A stretch of DNA of 63,636 bases, filler included, from Octopus bimaculoides (taxonomy: Eukaryota), in the NCBI RefSeq assembly GCF_001194135.2. It is 5 parts of 5 records of this genome, joined end to end, with 100 filler letters (N's around TTAATTAATTAA, not from the genome) between each part and the next. Parts side by side here need not be neighbours in the genome. Positions count along the whole stretch, not along the records: positions 1 to 21,859 come from NC_068984.1; positions 21,960 to 40,239 come from NC_068986.1; 3 more parts are not named here. One strand, written 5' to 3'. The position numbers and the translations under genes were made by a program. Below, one piece after another: positions 11,276-24,597 of this stretch (within the stretch, counting starts at the first letter, position 1; each line of letters opens with the position of its first letter). The notes beneath the pieces were generated by a model. That model did no database searches, was not told where the DNA came from, and saw only the letters and a list, made by a program, of their open reading frames with translations.

Positions 11276-11829
11276 ATATCGGAGACGTACTTGCCAGGTA
11301 TGTGATTTGATGTGAGACTTAGTATTTAGACTAAAATAATTACAGCATGGGTAATTCAATTTAACCATTCAAAAGAAAATCAAAAAGAATAAACTGTTGT
11401 TTTTGTTTTGTTGCTTTTTTGTGAAAGTTATTATCTTCACTTAAACATATATTACTGCACGAGAATGCAATGGAATTGCGTCAGTGACCAGGTCACAGTT
11501 CGTGTGACGAAAATTTTGACGCTAAATAATAAATGTTTAAGTGACTTTAACTGTTTTTTTTTTTAATGGCTAATGGCAGAAAATGAAATTGGTTATGTCC
11601 ATAGCAGGGCAATTTTAGATCAAATACATTTTCAATCAGGGCCACCGTGAGGTTAATACACCTAACAAACAGTCACAGTTACATGATGATGATGATATAT
11701 GCCATGCTCTAAATGTTGTTTTGTTTTCCTGGTCTCATCCTTTTATTTCGAGTAAATTCCCCAGTTTCTTGTTTGCTCATTTGTTTGTTTGTTTGTTTTT
11801 TGTTTTTGTATTTCACCAGTGTTCTGTAC

Positions 11830-12340
11830 TCAACGACTTAGGTTCATGCGAAGAACAATAACAGCTAATTTTAAATAGTAGACGACCACGAACACATAAA
11901 TAGAAAGATCCATCTGCTATATGCGGCAAGGGAATCCAGGGTCTATTCAAAGTCAGTGAGTTTGGAGGTGTCGAAGTCCTATTTAAGACTGACTCCCTCG
12001 AATTGTAACACTCAGTAACCGCCTGCAGATGGGATGAGTTCGCGCTTTTCCTTGCATACATGAGATTACTGGGTCTGAGGCTAATAATACCAGGTGTCCT
12101 ACATGAGCTGTATCTTTTGTGGATATTAGCTTGCTTAGTGTTGAAAGGGTGTGATACCCTGCCGGATGTCAAGAGAACAAGGTGAGAGACCTGGTTTGCA
12201 ATAACACTGGGGATTCTTCTCCATGTAAAGCCAGAACATGTAGAAAAGATCCCTGACCTTATCTCTCTGCAGAATAGGAGGGGTTGCGAGGTAATTGTGG
12301 AGAACAGAAGACTTGGATTCCATTTGTGTGAAATAAACGA
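11830..12340 (-). mobile_element. Possible highly degraded LINE RT fragment
   Basis: Minus frame ...GLSPCSLDIRQGITPFQH resembles SxxFxxxxGVRQGxxLSP. Weak; many stops. Confidence 0.3.
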
Positions 12341-12379
12341 ATAGCTGCGAGCCCTCTATTAAGAGAGCCGAAACTGTAA

Positions 12380-12620
12380 AATGGGAAAGAGAGCTTCACT
12401 ACGACCGACACCATCACTGCATCAGCAACGCCATACAACAGCAGAGGTAGTAGTAACAACTGCAGCAGCAAGAGTTGAAAAAGAGCAGCAATAACAACAA
12501 TATGTGTACCAACATCAACAAGAGCAGTGTCAACAATAGTGGCAACAAGGATCGCAACAAAAATCATGGAAACAGCAACAACGGCAGCATCGACAACATC
12601 GATATCTAACTCGCGGCAGC
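12380..12620 (+). repeat. Cryptic (CAA/CAG/GCA)n trinucleotide region
   Basis: Direct reading. Confidence 0.7.
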
Positions 12621-13257
12621 AACTTCAGTGGCGGAAAATAAACACGATTACAACACAAGACTCGCCACCCAGGGAATATACCAATCCAAAAATTTCTCCC
12701 CTATTCTTCAACAAAAATAGACACACACTTACACACATCGCCGAATGGGAGTTTTCTGACTCTGTGACTTCAATAAGACGAAGGTAGCAAAAACTAAAAA
12801 CTAAAAGTAAAGACAAAAAGAAAACTAGTGTCCTACTAGTTGTATGTAGCACCATTTCACCCTTCTTATGGGCTCCTCAGTACAACATAAGCTGGGATCA
12901 TGAAACTAGTTGGTCTATGTTCATTTAAGACCTTAAGGAATGATACATGACTGATTTTCTTTTCTTCATTTGTCTTAAACAATGGAGAAAAGGAATGAAG
13001 ATATACAGGCAGGGAAATTAAGGTCTCAGAAACATTTAAATCTAAAATTAAAATTAGTATTATACTTTAAAGTATGACAGATATTTTCTATTTACTTTTA
13101 ACTGTGGAGGAGAGACAAAGAAGGAAATATGTTTAGCGATATATATAAAACAAAACCTTCGATTCACGGTTTGTTGACTACTCCCCAGAGAAGATATTCC
13201 TAGTCCTCTTTCTGTATTAATAGCATAGAATATTTGCTTTAATATAAAGCAGTCATA

Positions 13258-13473
13258 GGGCGGTGAGCTGGCAGGAACGTTAGCACGCTGGGCGAAATGC
13301 TTAGCGGTATTTCGTCTGCTGCTACGTTCTGAGTTCAAATTCTACCGAGGTCGACTTTGCCTTTCATCCTTTCGGGGTCGATAAATTAAGTACCACTCGT
13401 GTACTGGGGTCACTCTAATCGACTTGACCCCTCCCCTAAAATTTCAGGCATTGTGCCTAGAGTAGAAAAGAAT
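13258..13473 (+). mobile_element. tRNA-derived SINE, family A, near full length
   Basis: Head GGCGGTGAGCTGGCAG (A-box-like), B-box-like GAGTTCAAATTC, core GCCTTTCATCCTTTCGGGGTCGATAAATTAAGTACC, tail GTGCCTAGAGTAGAAAAGAAT. At least 7 other copies in the window. Confidence 0.9.
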
Positions 13474-14599
13474 ATATAGCAATCATATGTGTGTGTCTGA
13501 GTGTGTTTGCGTGAGAAAGAGAGAGAAAGTGCATGTATGTGTGTATTTGTATGTGTGTATTTGTATGCGTGTATATGTCGATGTTTGTGTCTATCATCGT
13601 TTGTTACTGACAGTATTGGGAAATTTCAGTTCATTTGTAGGAAAAAATAACCATTGCCCTTCTGCGTGCATATTTACCTATCGCTGCAACTGATATTTTC
13701 GAAATAAAAGGCAAGACTGATATAACTTAATAGCAGACTCCTCTGAGACGTTGATGTTGAACGCAAAATGCAGGAACGAATAACACCAAACATTCCTTCT
13801 GATATTTTACTAATTCCGCCAAAGATTGTCTTGCGATAGAGCAATTCTATTTTCTCACAACCTCGATTGCATGAATTGTAAAGTTCATTTCCATGGGTTT
13901 GAACTCCGAGCGAAGAAAATAGGACGCAGTAACTATTTAGCCATTTCGTTTCCTTTCAATCAAGTCAACAGCGATTGAACGCACTGGTGAAGGGCATTCC
14001 AGTTTTTTTTAAAGAGAGTTGCGTGTGATTGAGGGAGATTAGGTGCTACTTCTAGCACGGTCCATCGATTTTTAGATCTGCTTATCCTTGATACATTTTC
14101 TGATCACAAACTTAATTCAGGACCAATCTAGAAATATTTCCATATCTTCATATGTACTGATAACCTTTCCCGCCACTGCCCCTCTTTCTCTTTCATACAC
14201 ACACGCGTGCTCGTACTGACGCGTACGCATATACGCACTCACGTTTACGTACGCATAATGCATGTGTGCATCAGATGTTTGTAAACATATAGTTATACAT
14301 ATACACCCAGTACGATTTCTTGGTTTTCTGTGAATAGATTTTGATAAAACTTTTCCCAGCTGGTTTGCACGTTATGGCAACACCATTGTTATGTGTTTTC
14401 ATTAATCTGTGTAACGTTCTTTCTTTTTTTTATTTTTTATTTCAGATCCTTCAGTTTCGTGGTGAACCACGCTAATAGCTTTTGAATGAAAATAGCCCAT
14501 CTAAGTATTTTTTTTTTCAGGAATAGAAGATTAATGATACATATTAAGCATATATTGAGTATATATTTAACAGAAGACGATAATAATATCATAACATTT

Positions 14600-14920
14600 A
14601 TTAACATAATGAATTATTTAGCCACATGAGCACCAAGGAAGAAACAACCCTATTGTAGGACCTCCAAGACTAAGACAGCTAGGGATTTAAGGAATATTGG
14701 TCGCAAGTTACAATGGAAACCTGGACAAACAAGTAAAGTAATTTTCCCCACCTCCGGATATCCTCATGTAACGAAAACCACCAGAACTCGCATCATCGGA
14801 ACCATGGCTTCCGTGCGAGAACTCCTAAAACTTCCTCCTCACAGGAATTTGAAGCTTAAATGAGCCCAAAAGTACATGACGTTAGACACGAGTTGTGTTC
14901 TGTTCATTACCCTTCATTTT
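14600..14920 (+). mobile_element. Tc1-like transposase fragment
   Basis: Frame TRTRIIGTMASVRELLKLPPHRNLKLK*AQKYMTLDTSCVLFI resembles the Tc1 linker TRCRILR..A.V....RPPL...HK..R..WA.KY.K.D...VLFTDE. Confidence 0.45.
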
Positions 14921-15032
14921 CTGAAAAAATAAAAAATGTCTAGAAGGGCTATTTTCATTCATAAGCTATTAGCGTGGTTCACCCACAAAGCTGAAGGAAC
15001 TGAAATAAAAAAATAAACGACGTTACACAGAA

Positions 15033-15177
15033 TAATCCTGTCTATTATAGGCACAGGGCCTGAAATTTGGGTAAAGGGGATAGTCGATTACATCGACCCC
15101 AGTGTTTCACTGGTACTTAATTTATCGATCCCGAAAGGATGAAAGGCAAAGTCGACCTTGGCAGAATTCGAACTCAC
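15033..15177 (-). mobile_element. SINE family A, 5'-truncated
   Basis: Reverse complement of the family A core and tail. Confidence 0.8.
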
Positions 15178-15636
15178 GTTACACAGAATAATGAAAGCAT
15201 AATGGTGTTGCCATAGTGTGCAAACCAGCTGGGAAACGTTTTATCAAAACCGTTTCACAGAAAACCGAGAAATCCTGAATTTCACTCCTAAGCTATTAAC
15301 GTGGTTCTGTATGTGTGTGTGTGTGTGTGGGTGTATAATATATATAGTTATTTATTTATTTATGTGTTTCAGCCAAGTGGCTGCGGTCATGCTGGTGCAA
15401 TATATGAGTATATGCATATATATGTACATGTATGTATATACGTTCATCTACATGTATATATAGATACATAACTGGGTACATGACGTGGCAAAAGAACAAG
15501 GACAAAATGGTAAACAAGGTGCAACAAACAAGCAGGCCACATAGAAACATCCCCTTCATCAGCTGCCACCATTAAAACGCCGGCGTTTCGAAGAATTAAG
15601 GCAGTACGCATCGTTAAAATGGTTCTTCCCGCGCGC

Positions 15637-15685
<49 letters not shown>

Positions 15686-17623
15686 CATATATACATACGT
15701 ATATGTACATACAACTATACGTATATATATATGCATATGTAGGCACAGGACGTCACGAAACGTTTACAACAAAAGATACGAACTACGAGTACATGGAATA
15801 TGAACTATTTTTCGAACGAAAGACACAAATGAAAATAAGACAAACAACATTAAAGAACGACCCTTCATCAGTTGTTGGCTGTTTTTCTACTCTCGTATTT
15901 CAAGCATGTATGTACGCATGTATGTATATATATATATATATATACGTACGTTTGTATATATGTCATTTAGTGTATATATGCATACATGCATAATAGACGG
16001 CTCACAAATACACACACGCACTCGCGCACACACACACACACACATATATGTATGTATGTATATATGTCTATGTATTATATATATATGCGCGTGTGTGTGT
16101 GTGTGTATGCATATTATACATTGATACACACTCGCACATATATACATACCTACATACCTAACGACGTACATATATGCCTACATACACACGTACATACATA
16201 CATACATACATACATACATACATACGTACGTACATACATACATATCTATGTAGTTTTGAATATATGTCGCTCTGTTTGTGTAAAATGTATATGCATGTAT
16301 TCACCTTAACAAAAATCATAAAATAAAATAAAATAAAATAAAATAAAATAAAAAAGATATTNNNNNNNNNNNNNNNNNNNNNNNNNNNNNNNNNNNNNNN
16401 NNNNNNNNNNNNNNNNNNNNNNNNNNNNNNNNNNNNNNNNNNNNNNNNNNNNNNNNNNNNNNNNNNNNNNNNNNNNNNNNNNNNNNNNNNNNNNNNNNNN
16501 NNNNNNNNNNNNNNNNNNNNNNNNNNNNNNNNNNNNNNNNNNNNNNNNNNNNNNNNNNNNNNNNNNNNNNNNNNNNNNNNNNNNNNNNNNNNNNNNNNNN
16601 NNNNNNNNNNNNNNNNNNNNNNNNNNNNNNNNNNNNNNNNNNNNNNNNNNNNNNNNNNNNNNNNNNNNNNNNNNNNNNNNNNNNNNNNNNNNNNNNNNNN
16701 NNNNNNNNNNNNNNNNNNNNNNNNNNNNNNNNNNNNNNNNNNNNNNNNNNNNNNNNNNNNNNNNNNNNNNNNNNNNNNNNNNNNNNNNNNNNNNNNNNNN
16801 NNNNNNNNNNNNNNNNNNNNNNNNNNNNNNNNNNNNNNNNNNNNNNNNNNNNNNNNNNNNNNNNNNNNNNNNNNNNNNNNNNNNNNNNNNNNNNNNNNNN
16901 NNNNNNNNNNNNNNNNNNNNNNNNNNNNNNNNNNNNNNNNNNNNNNNNNNNNNNNNNNNNNNNNNNNNNNNNNNNNNNNNNNNNNNNNNNNNNNNNNNNN
17001 NNNNNNNNNNNNNNNNNNNNNNNNNNNNNNNNNNNNNNNNNNNNNNNNNNNNNNNNNNNNNNNNNNNNNNNNNNNNNNNNNNNNNNNNNNNNNNNNNNNN
17101 NNNNNNNNNNNNNNNNNNNNNNNNNNNNNNNNNNNNNNNNNNNNNNNNNNNNNNNNNNNNNNNNNNNNNNNNNNNNNNNNNNNNNNNNNNNNNNNNNNNN
17201 NNNNNNNNNNNNNNNNNNNNNNNNNNNNNNNNNNNNNNNNNNNNNNNNNNNNNNNNNNNNNNNNNNNNNNNNNNNNNNNNNNNNNNNNNNNNNNNNNNNN
17301 NNNNNNNNNNNNNNNNNNNNNNNNNNNNNNNNNNNNNNNNNNNNNNNNNNNNNNNNNNNNCTGGTCTAAATGCGAGTCACAGCATCACAAATGACCAACG
17401 AAAGAGTCTCTAAATTCTCCATCGATCTGCTAAACTGAATTTTCCTTGACCTTTTTGCCTGTCCAGAGTATCAAATGTGACACAGAGGACATATTTTCCT
17501 GGCACCCGGGCATCATATATGATTGGTAGATTCTTTAACCCATTAGGGGCGGGGGTCGTTGGGGTGCTGCAGCCATACGGCGCATCTTGGGCGAGAACGT
17601 CTGACCCATCATTCTCCAGGCTA

Positions 17624-17892
17624 AACACATTTCTACAGCTGAGTGGAGTGGGGCAACGTGAAAGTGAAGTGGTTTGCCCGGTCCAGAGATCGAAACCACA
17701 ATATTACTGTCGTGACTCCAACACCCTAACCACTGAGAAACACACGTCCACGAGTGGTACTCATTTCTACAGCTGAGTAGACTGGAGCAATGTGAAGTGA
17801 AGTGTTTTGCTCAAGAACACAACGGTCCAGGAATCGAAACCACAATCTAACAATCGTGAGTCTAACACCCTGACCACTAAGCCACGCGCCTC
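17624..17892 (-). mobile_element. Two tandem tRNA-derived SINE heads, family C
   Basis: A box TGGCTTAGTGG (17884-17874), B box GGTTTCGATTCC (17841-17830), then GTTGTGTTCTTGAGCAAAACACTT...CAGCTGTAGAAATGAGTAC. Second unit at 17745-17624. Confidence 0.8.
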
Positions 17893-18200
17893 TACATATA
17901 TGATACACATCCCCAGTTTTGAATTTCAGCCAGTAGAGTACCTCGGGACCTATGAAAAGAGGGCTTTATAGTATTCTGAACGTATGAAACATGGATTAAA
18001 TCAATATCTCAGAACAAACTTAAACGTTTAGGACAAGCTTATGAAAATGATTTGAACAGGAAAAGGGTTAAATTGCACTCTATTACTCTACAGTCTTAAA
18101 GACAAACGAAATCATCGTATGATATTATCACTACAATCATACCTCCACCACCAATACCACTACCAACAGAACAATGAGGGAGATTTTGTCTCATTAGCAT

Positions 18201-18415
18201 ACTCTTACTCTTTACTCATTTGACTGCGGCCATGCTGGAGCACCACCTTTAGTCGAGCAAATCGACCCCAGGACTTATTCTTTATGAGCATGATACTTAT
18301 TCTATCGGTCTCTTTTGCCGAACCGTTAAGTTACGGGGACGTAAACACACCACCATCATTTGCCAAGCGATGCTGAGGGGACAAACACAGACACACAAGC
18401 ATATACACAAACATA
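18201..18415 (-). mobile_element. SINE family B, 3' half
   Basis: TTTGACTGCGGCCATGCTGGAGCACC..TTTAGTCGAGCAAATCGACCCCAGGACTTATT matches the reverse complement of 62400-62484. Confidence 0.85.
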
Positions 18416-19213
18416 TATATAATAAATTTACTTTTATATCCTTGAATTTTTTTGCTTCCATAACTAAATATTTGCTCCAAAAATGCATCAAGTTTTATAT
18501 AATATATTATATTTCAGTCAGTGATTTTGATATCAAATTACTTATACATCGTATATGAAGATTTCTGTTTTCTTTCGGTAATACTCTATGAGATAAGAAC
18601 AACGATGATAATTCATTGAATATACAATGATGGGTTGCTTACATTCTACGGAATGTTGTGACTTTATTGGTTTTTATATTTTACATTTACTATATAATAG
18701 ATTCAACATATACCGAGTGGTTTGTAATGAGATGATGGGTTCACCATTACTTGAAATCTGAATGCATAACAGGTAGTTTAAAAAAGCCTGTTTTTGTATT
18801 ATCTAAAAATTTACACCTAACGATTATTGTAATACTAACATACATGTAGCATATGTATTAGGTGTCGTCTTAAACATGAAAACTAAATGGCACCCATTTG
18901 ATGGGTGAAATAAGACATTACGGTACGTAAATATTGATTCAAATCATATAGTTGCTATCATAACAAACGTAACGAAAAATGTTAGCGCAAGCTATACAAT
19001 ATTTGATCTTATATATCTATCTTCAAAGAATCAATATCATAATGAAGTATTAAACATGAGTGGTTTTAAGTATAAGATTATTGACATACTAACATACTAA
19101 TATTCATGTTAATTCTCAGACACGAAAAACAGAAAAGATAAAATTGTTTTGTATTGAGATTTTCTTTCCTGGACTCAAGACTGCATCTTTGAACTCTGGA
19201 ACATACACACACA

Positions 19214-19255
<42 letters not shown>

Positions 19256-19968
19256 CATACACAGGAATACATGCATATAACACACCACACCCGCACATTT
19301 GAAGCTCACTACATTATGCAACTCTAAGGTAGCAATGCACACGCGTCTCACGTCTTGAAAATCTTTAATTGACAGTACATTAGTTTTCTTAATAGAATCC
19401 CAAATATTCAAACCATTTTTATCATCTTGCAAAATAGGATGATTCATGTCAAAACTCGGACAACATGTAAAAGATAAAATTATATACGAGTATATTTTAA
19501 TGCTTCTTCCTTGGTGATTTGTATTTGCCTTAATCAATTTATTATACTATATTTATCAAAATCCAGAACTATGTATAACTATTTTGATACACAAATTAAT
19601 TGTGTTGAGTGCTCTTTTTAAATTTTTAAATTTTCTTTTTTTTTTTTTTTTCGATGTGGCGGAGGTACTTGCCACCGGAATTCAAGACCGAAAAAGATAA
19701 TACGCAAATTCATATTTTTACTTAAATCTCGGTTGTTGTACTACTTTTGTATAGCGATTTATACAAACATCATGTACGTATATACATCTCTCATTTCTTT
19801 TTGGGGTTTAAAACTTATAATTTATTTGTATTGTTATATTTTTAAAAGATTTCAACATCTTCATATCATACAAATAAATTAGTTATACATCCATATTTCT
19901 CCATTTTCTTTCTTTCAATAAACACACACACAAATATATATCTATATATATCTATATCTATCTATCTA

Positions 19969-20019
<51 letters not shown>

Positions 20020-20735
20020 NNNNNNNNNNNNNNNNNNNNNNNNNNNNNNNNNNNNNNNNNNNNNNNNNNNNNNNNNNNNNNNNNNNNNNNNNNNNNNNNN
20101 NNNNNNNNNNNNNNNNNNNNNNNNNNNNNNNNNNNNNNNNNNNNNNNNNNNNNNNNNNNNNNNNNNNNNNNNNNNNNNNNNNNNNNNNNNNNNNNNNNNN
20201 NNNNNNNNNNNNNNNNNNNNNNNNNNNNNNNNNNNNNNNNNNNNNNNNNNNNNNNNNNNNNNNNNNNNNNNNNNNNNNNNNNNNNNNNNNNNNNNNNNNN
20301 NNNNNNNNNNNNNNNNNNNNNNNNNNNNNNNNNNNNNNNNNNNNNNNNNNNNNNNNNNNNNNNNNNNNNNNNNNNNNNNNNNNNNNNNNNNNNNNNNNNN
20401 NNNNNNNNNNNNNNNNNNNNNNNNNNNNNNNNNNNNNNNNNNNNNNNNNNNNNNNNNNNNNNNNNNNNNNNNNNNNNNNNNNNNNNNNNATATGTATGTG
20501 TGTGTGTGTGTGTGTACGTATGTATGTATGTATGTATGTATGTATGTATGTATATGTATATACATGTGTGTGTGTGTGTATATATATATATATGTATGTA
20601 TTATATATAATGAGTTTTAAAAAAATATAAATGCACAAACAAACGGGAAGCAGATAAAGAAGGTCACCAGATCCTCATCAGTTATCGAGCCAATGGGTCA
20701 ATCGCAATTTCAAGCCTCTATATTCTTTTATTGTA

Positions 20736-21130
20736 TTATACGTTTCACTTATTTGACTGCGATCATGATGGAGCACCGCCTTAAAAGGCTTTGGCCGAAG
20801 AAATCGATCCCAGGACTTATTCCTTATGAGCATAGTACTTATTCTAATAGTCTCTTTCGCCGAAGCGCTAAGTTACTGTTATATAAACACACGAACATCA
20901 GTTGTCAAGTGGTGGTGGTGGTGGGAAAACATAGACACAAAGACACACACGCATGAATATATATACACATACACATATAGGACGGGCTTCTTGGAGTTTC
21001 CACCTACCAAATCCACTCACAAGGCTTTGGTCGGCCCGAGGCTATAGTAGAAGATACTTGCCCAAGGTGCCACACAGTGAGACTGAACTCGAAACCATGT
21101 GGCTGGGAAGCAAACTTCTTACCTCACATG
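20736..21130 (-). mobile_element. SINE family B, near full length
   Basis: Both halves present with a short internal microsatellite; colinear with 23511-23938. Confidence 0.85.
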
Positions 21131-21712
21131 TACACACACGCGCATATATATTTATGAGTGTGTGAGTATTTCTGCCTTGGTTTGTCCTCAACCACAGTTT
21201 GACCACCGTTGTTGGTGTGCCTGTCTCTTGTGAATGAGCTTGGACGAAACAGAACGATAAGATATGAACCAGGTTTCTAAAAAATATGTGCAGAGCTCGG
21301 TCTGTTCGACTAAAATTCTTCAGGGAGGAGCTCAAGCATGGCCGCTGTCTACGGACTGACAAAAAGTAAAAGGTAAAAGATCCATGCATCCATGCATCCA
21401 TACATACAGACAAGCAGGCAAGCAGGCAGGCAGGCAGGCAGGCGGACGTAATATAATCAATGAATGATGGTCAGGAAAATGTGAGAGATAGGACACCGTC
21501 GAGAAGAAAAGGAAGAAGAAAAGGAGGAAAGAATGAGTGAAAAAAAGAATTACAGAGAAAAGACAGAAATGAAAACAGAGACAAAGCGAAGGAAAGGGTA
21601 AGCTGTTGAGAAAATAGGTCGGTGCGTTGTGTTTGTGGGACATCATTCAAATAATTCAACCTGTTTATATACTTTTGGTATAAAAGCATAGGTTAAGATA
21701 TAGCTGCCTTGT

Positions 21713-21760
<48 letters not shown>

Positions 21761-21827
21761 TGTGTGTGTACAGAAATACATATGTACATATACATATAAA
21801 TATATATGTATATATAGACACATCGCT

Positions 21828-21859
<32 letters not shown>

Positions 21860-21989
21860 NNNNNNNNNNNNNNNNNNNNNNNNNNNNNNNNNNNNNNNNN
21901 NNNTTAATTAATTAANNNNNNNNNNNNNNNNNNNNNNNNNNNNNNNNNNNNNNNNNNNNATATATGTATGTATGTATGTATGTATATAT

Positions 21990-22715
21990 ATATATACATT
22001 GGCTCCTCGCATAAAGAATGCTGTTTTTTCAATTGCTTGAAATGAAAGCGGAGCGGGAGGGGGCAGGATAAACTACCTCCATCAACTTGCTATAAAAGCA
22101 GGTGGTAATTTTATCTTGTCCTTATACTTAGTGAAAGTTTTGAAGAGAGTGGTTCGATTTTAACTGTTATTTTTTCCAAGTTATAAAGGAAGTGACAAAG
22201 GAGAATATTGGCACATTTTTCTTTATGAGCTCTATAAAGGCAAGAATGAAACGGAAAGTGTGAAGAATATTAATGCAGTATATGGGGAACAGACAATAAT
22301 CATAAGCCAGTGTCAACGATGGTTCCACAAATTCCGAGCTGGAAAAAATAATCTAGATGGCGAGACTCGCTTGAGCGTCTTATGTCAGTGCTAGAAGGAA
22401 AACGACCATCTTTGGTCTCAAGACGAAAGGTGTTATAACATCAAGATAATGCTCGGCCACATACAGTGAGTATGATATTCCAAAGGCTGGAGCAGTTTGA
22501 ATAGAAAACGATGCCATACCCACCATATTTGGCGGACATTTCCCCATCTGATTATCATTTATTCCTCAGTCTTCAAAATCATTTGGATGGAAAAAATACG
22601 AAAGTGAACTTTGCAAGAGGGTTCTTGCAAGTCTACCAGAGAGATGGAAGAGCATTGTAGAAAATGAAGGAGAATATATTTTAAATTAAAAAAGAACTTT
22701 GTTTATTTTAATTTA
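21990..22715 (+). mobile_element. Internally deleted mariner (DD34D) transposon
   Basis: HIFLYELYKGKNETESVKNINAVYGEQTIIISQCQRWFHKFRAG (HTH) joined to HQDNARPH...PYPPYLADISPSDYHLF and LPERWKSIVENEGEY. Confidence 0.85.
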
Positions 22716-23160
22716 CCGCGTCCAACTCAGGTTGCAGTCGCACATCTTCAGGGTTCTGTATACTCTGACAGACGTCTGTATAGCCTGTATAGCTAGCATG
22801 TGTAAGTACTTGAGCAGCTGAGGGCATGTCAGAGAGGACCACTATGAACAGCAGTAGCCTCAGAACAGTGCCCTGTGGAGCACCACTCATTACTCGTGTT
22901 TTCTTGGAGGTGACCCCATTAACCATTACAACCTAATTTCCACCTTTTAGAAATCCATGTAGCCATTCTCCATCTTCTACTAAGATTTCAGAGGTTGTGA
23001 CAAATCAACCCGTGGTCGACTTTCTCAAAGGATTTTTCTAAGTCGACGTATATCATGTCCACATTTGAGTTGTTGAAATACTTCTTTAGTTGTAATGCTG
23101 CAAGAGGTATATCAGGCAGTTTCTACCTGGTCGAAAACCACGATGGGTATTCAATTCAAT
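22716..23160 (-). mobile_element. CR1/L2-like LINE reverse transcriptase fragment
   Basis: HRGFRPGRNCL...NVDMIYVDLEKSFEKVDHG...VNGVTSKKTRVMSGAPQGTVLRLLLF...LQPELDAV: RT motifs with frameshifts. Confidence 0.85.
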
Positions 23161-23510
23161 TTATTCAATTCTTTGGGCCGCCCGTTCAGCTTCTTTAGCA
23201 GCACAGCATTGTACAGAATTGTACATATAAACTGCTGATCTATCATTTTCGACTATAAATAAACATCATACAACATTTGCTTATATCTTTTACAAGGTAA
23301 TTAAATATAAGTCCGGGGAACACTAAAAATATATGTTCTATAATTTATTGAACTTAAGTCTTGGGACTTATTAATGGACATCGCAGAAGGCAGACGTATT
23401 GGAAAAAGAAGTCTTTTGGTATCGAAGAGCAAATAGAAAGGTGTTTATGGTAAGCGCGAAATAAAAACATCTTCACCATTTCCACAAACATAAACTATTT
23501 CCTTTGTATC

Positions 23511-23719
23511 TCTTTACTCGTTAATCTGTTACTTGTTTCAGTCATTTGACGGCGGCCACGCTGGAGCACCGCCTTTAGTCGAGCAAATCGATCTCAGGAC
23601 ATATTCTTTGGAAGCCTAGTACTTATTCTATCGGTCTCTTTTGCCGAACCGCTAAGTTACAGGGACGTAAACACACCACCATCGGTTGTCAAGCGATGGA
23701 GGGGGACAAACACAGACAC

Positions 23720-23758
<39 letters not shown>

Positions 23759-23938
23759 NNNNNNNNNNNNNNNNNNNNATATATATATATATATATATAT
23801 ATATATACGACGGGCTTCTTTCAGTTTCCGTCTACCAAATTCACTCACAAGGCTTTGGTCGGCCCGAGGCTATAGTAGAAGACACTTGCCCAAGGTGTCA
23901 CGCAGTGGGACTGAACCCGGAACCACGTGGTTGGTATA
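23511..23938 (-). mobile_element. SINE family B, near full length, internal (CA)n/(TA)n
   Basis: Reverse complement of 62103-62484 over both halves. Confidence 0.9.
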
Positions 23939-24597
23939 CATACAGACATAAAATATTTCATTTGTATACTCTATATTCCACAAATGAACCCGACAGCATA
24001 AGAACTACTTTGAAACATACGTAATTGCAAGTGTCCATTTGGTCATGTAGACCATTCAAAATGGCCGCAGTCTTGATTTACTTAAAAAAAGAGAAAGCGG
24101 TTTGACATTGGCTTTACTGAAAAATAAACAGACACTTATGAAATAAAAATATAGTTATTTTATCAGTTTTAATATTCAACAGGAAATGCTATGATTTGTA
24201 TTTCCACTTCTAAATTAGAGCTAACTGGAGTTATAATTTAGAACTGAAGGGGAAATGTTACAAGACAACGCAACAATGGCATGGAGAAGATGTAATATAT
24301 GAGTTAAGTTAAACAGCTTCAGGTGTATACTCACGGAGGTAAACATGTTCCAAGAAATTTCTTTACGGCTTTAACGTTTTTAGGTCCTCCGTAGGTGCAG
24401 GTGTGAGTCCAGCAGGCCCACCCGTCCCTGACGATAGTCCATTGTGTGTTTTTAGTAACACATCTACCATCATCCAGCTTACAATCTGTTGTTGATAAGA
24501 AAACGCACGATATATTAATTATTCTATTAAAACTATTTCTATGACATAATTATGCCTATACTGCAACAAGACATTGGCAAAAGGTCAGCAATTTCAT

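Noticed and set aside
17624-17892. tRNA genes at A/B-box sites (also 13258, 26628, 62103)
   Set aside because: No complete cloverleaf, and the boxes continue into shared SINE bodies; these are SINE heads.
19300-19460. Possible Harbinger/PIF transposase remnant (IFGILLRK...VCIATLELHN)
   Set aside because: Two short motifs in different frames; too weak to call without an HMM search.
21860-21959. TTAATTAATTAA flanked by exactly 44 N on each side, four times (21904, 40284, 60426, 62529)
   Set aside because: Identical 100-bp N44-12-N44 cassette; the 12-mer is a palindrome with stops in all six frames. This is an assembly spacer, not biology.
24057-24070. YY1-like CAAAATGGCCGC site
   Set aside because: Overlaps ATGGCCGCAGTC, a fragment of the SINE family B core; no independent support.
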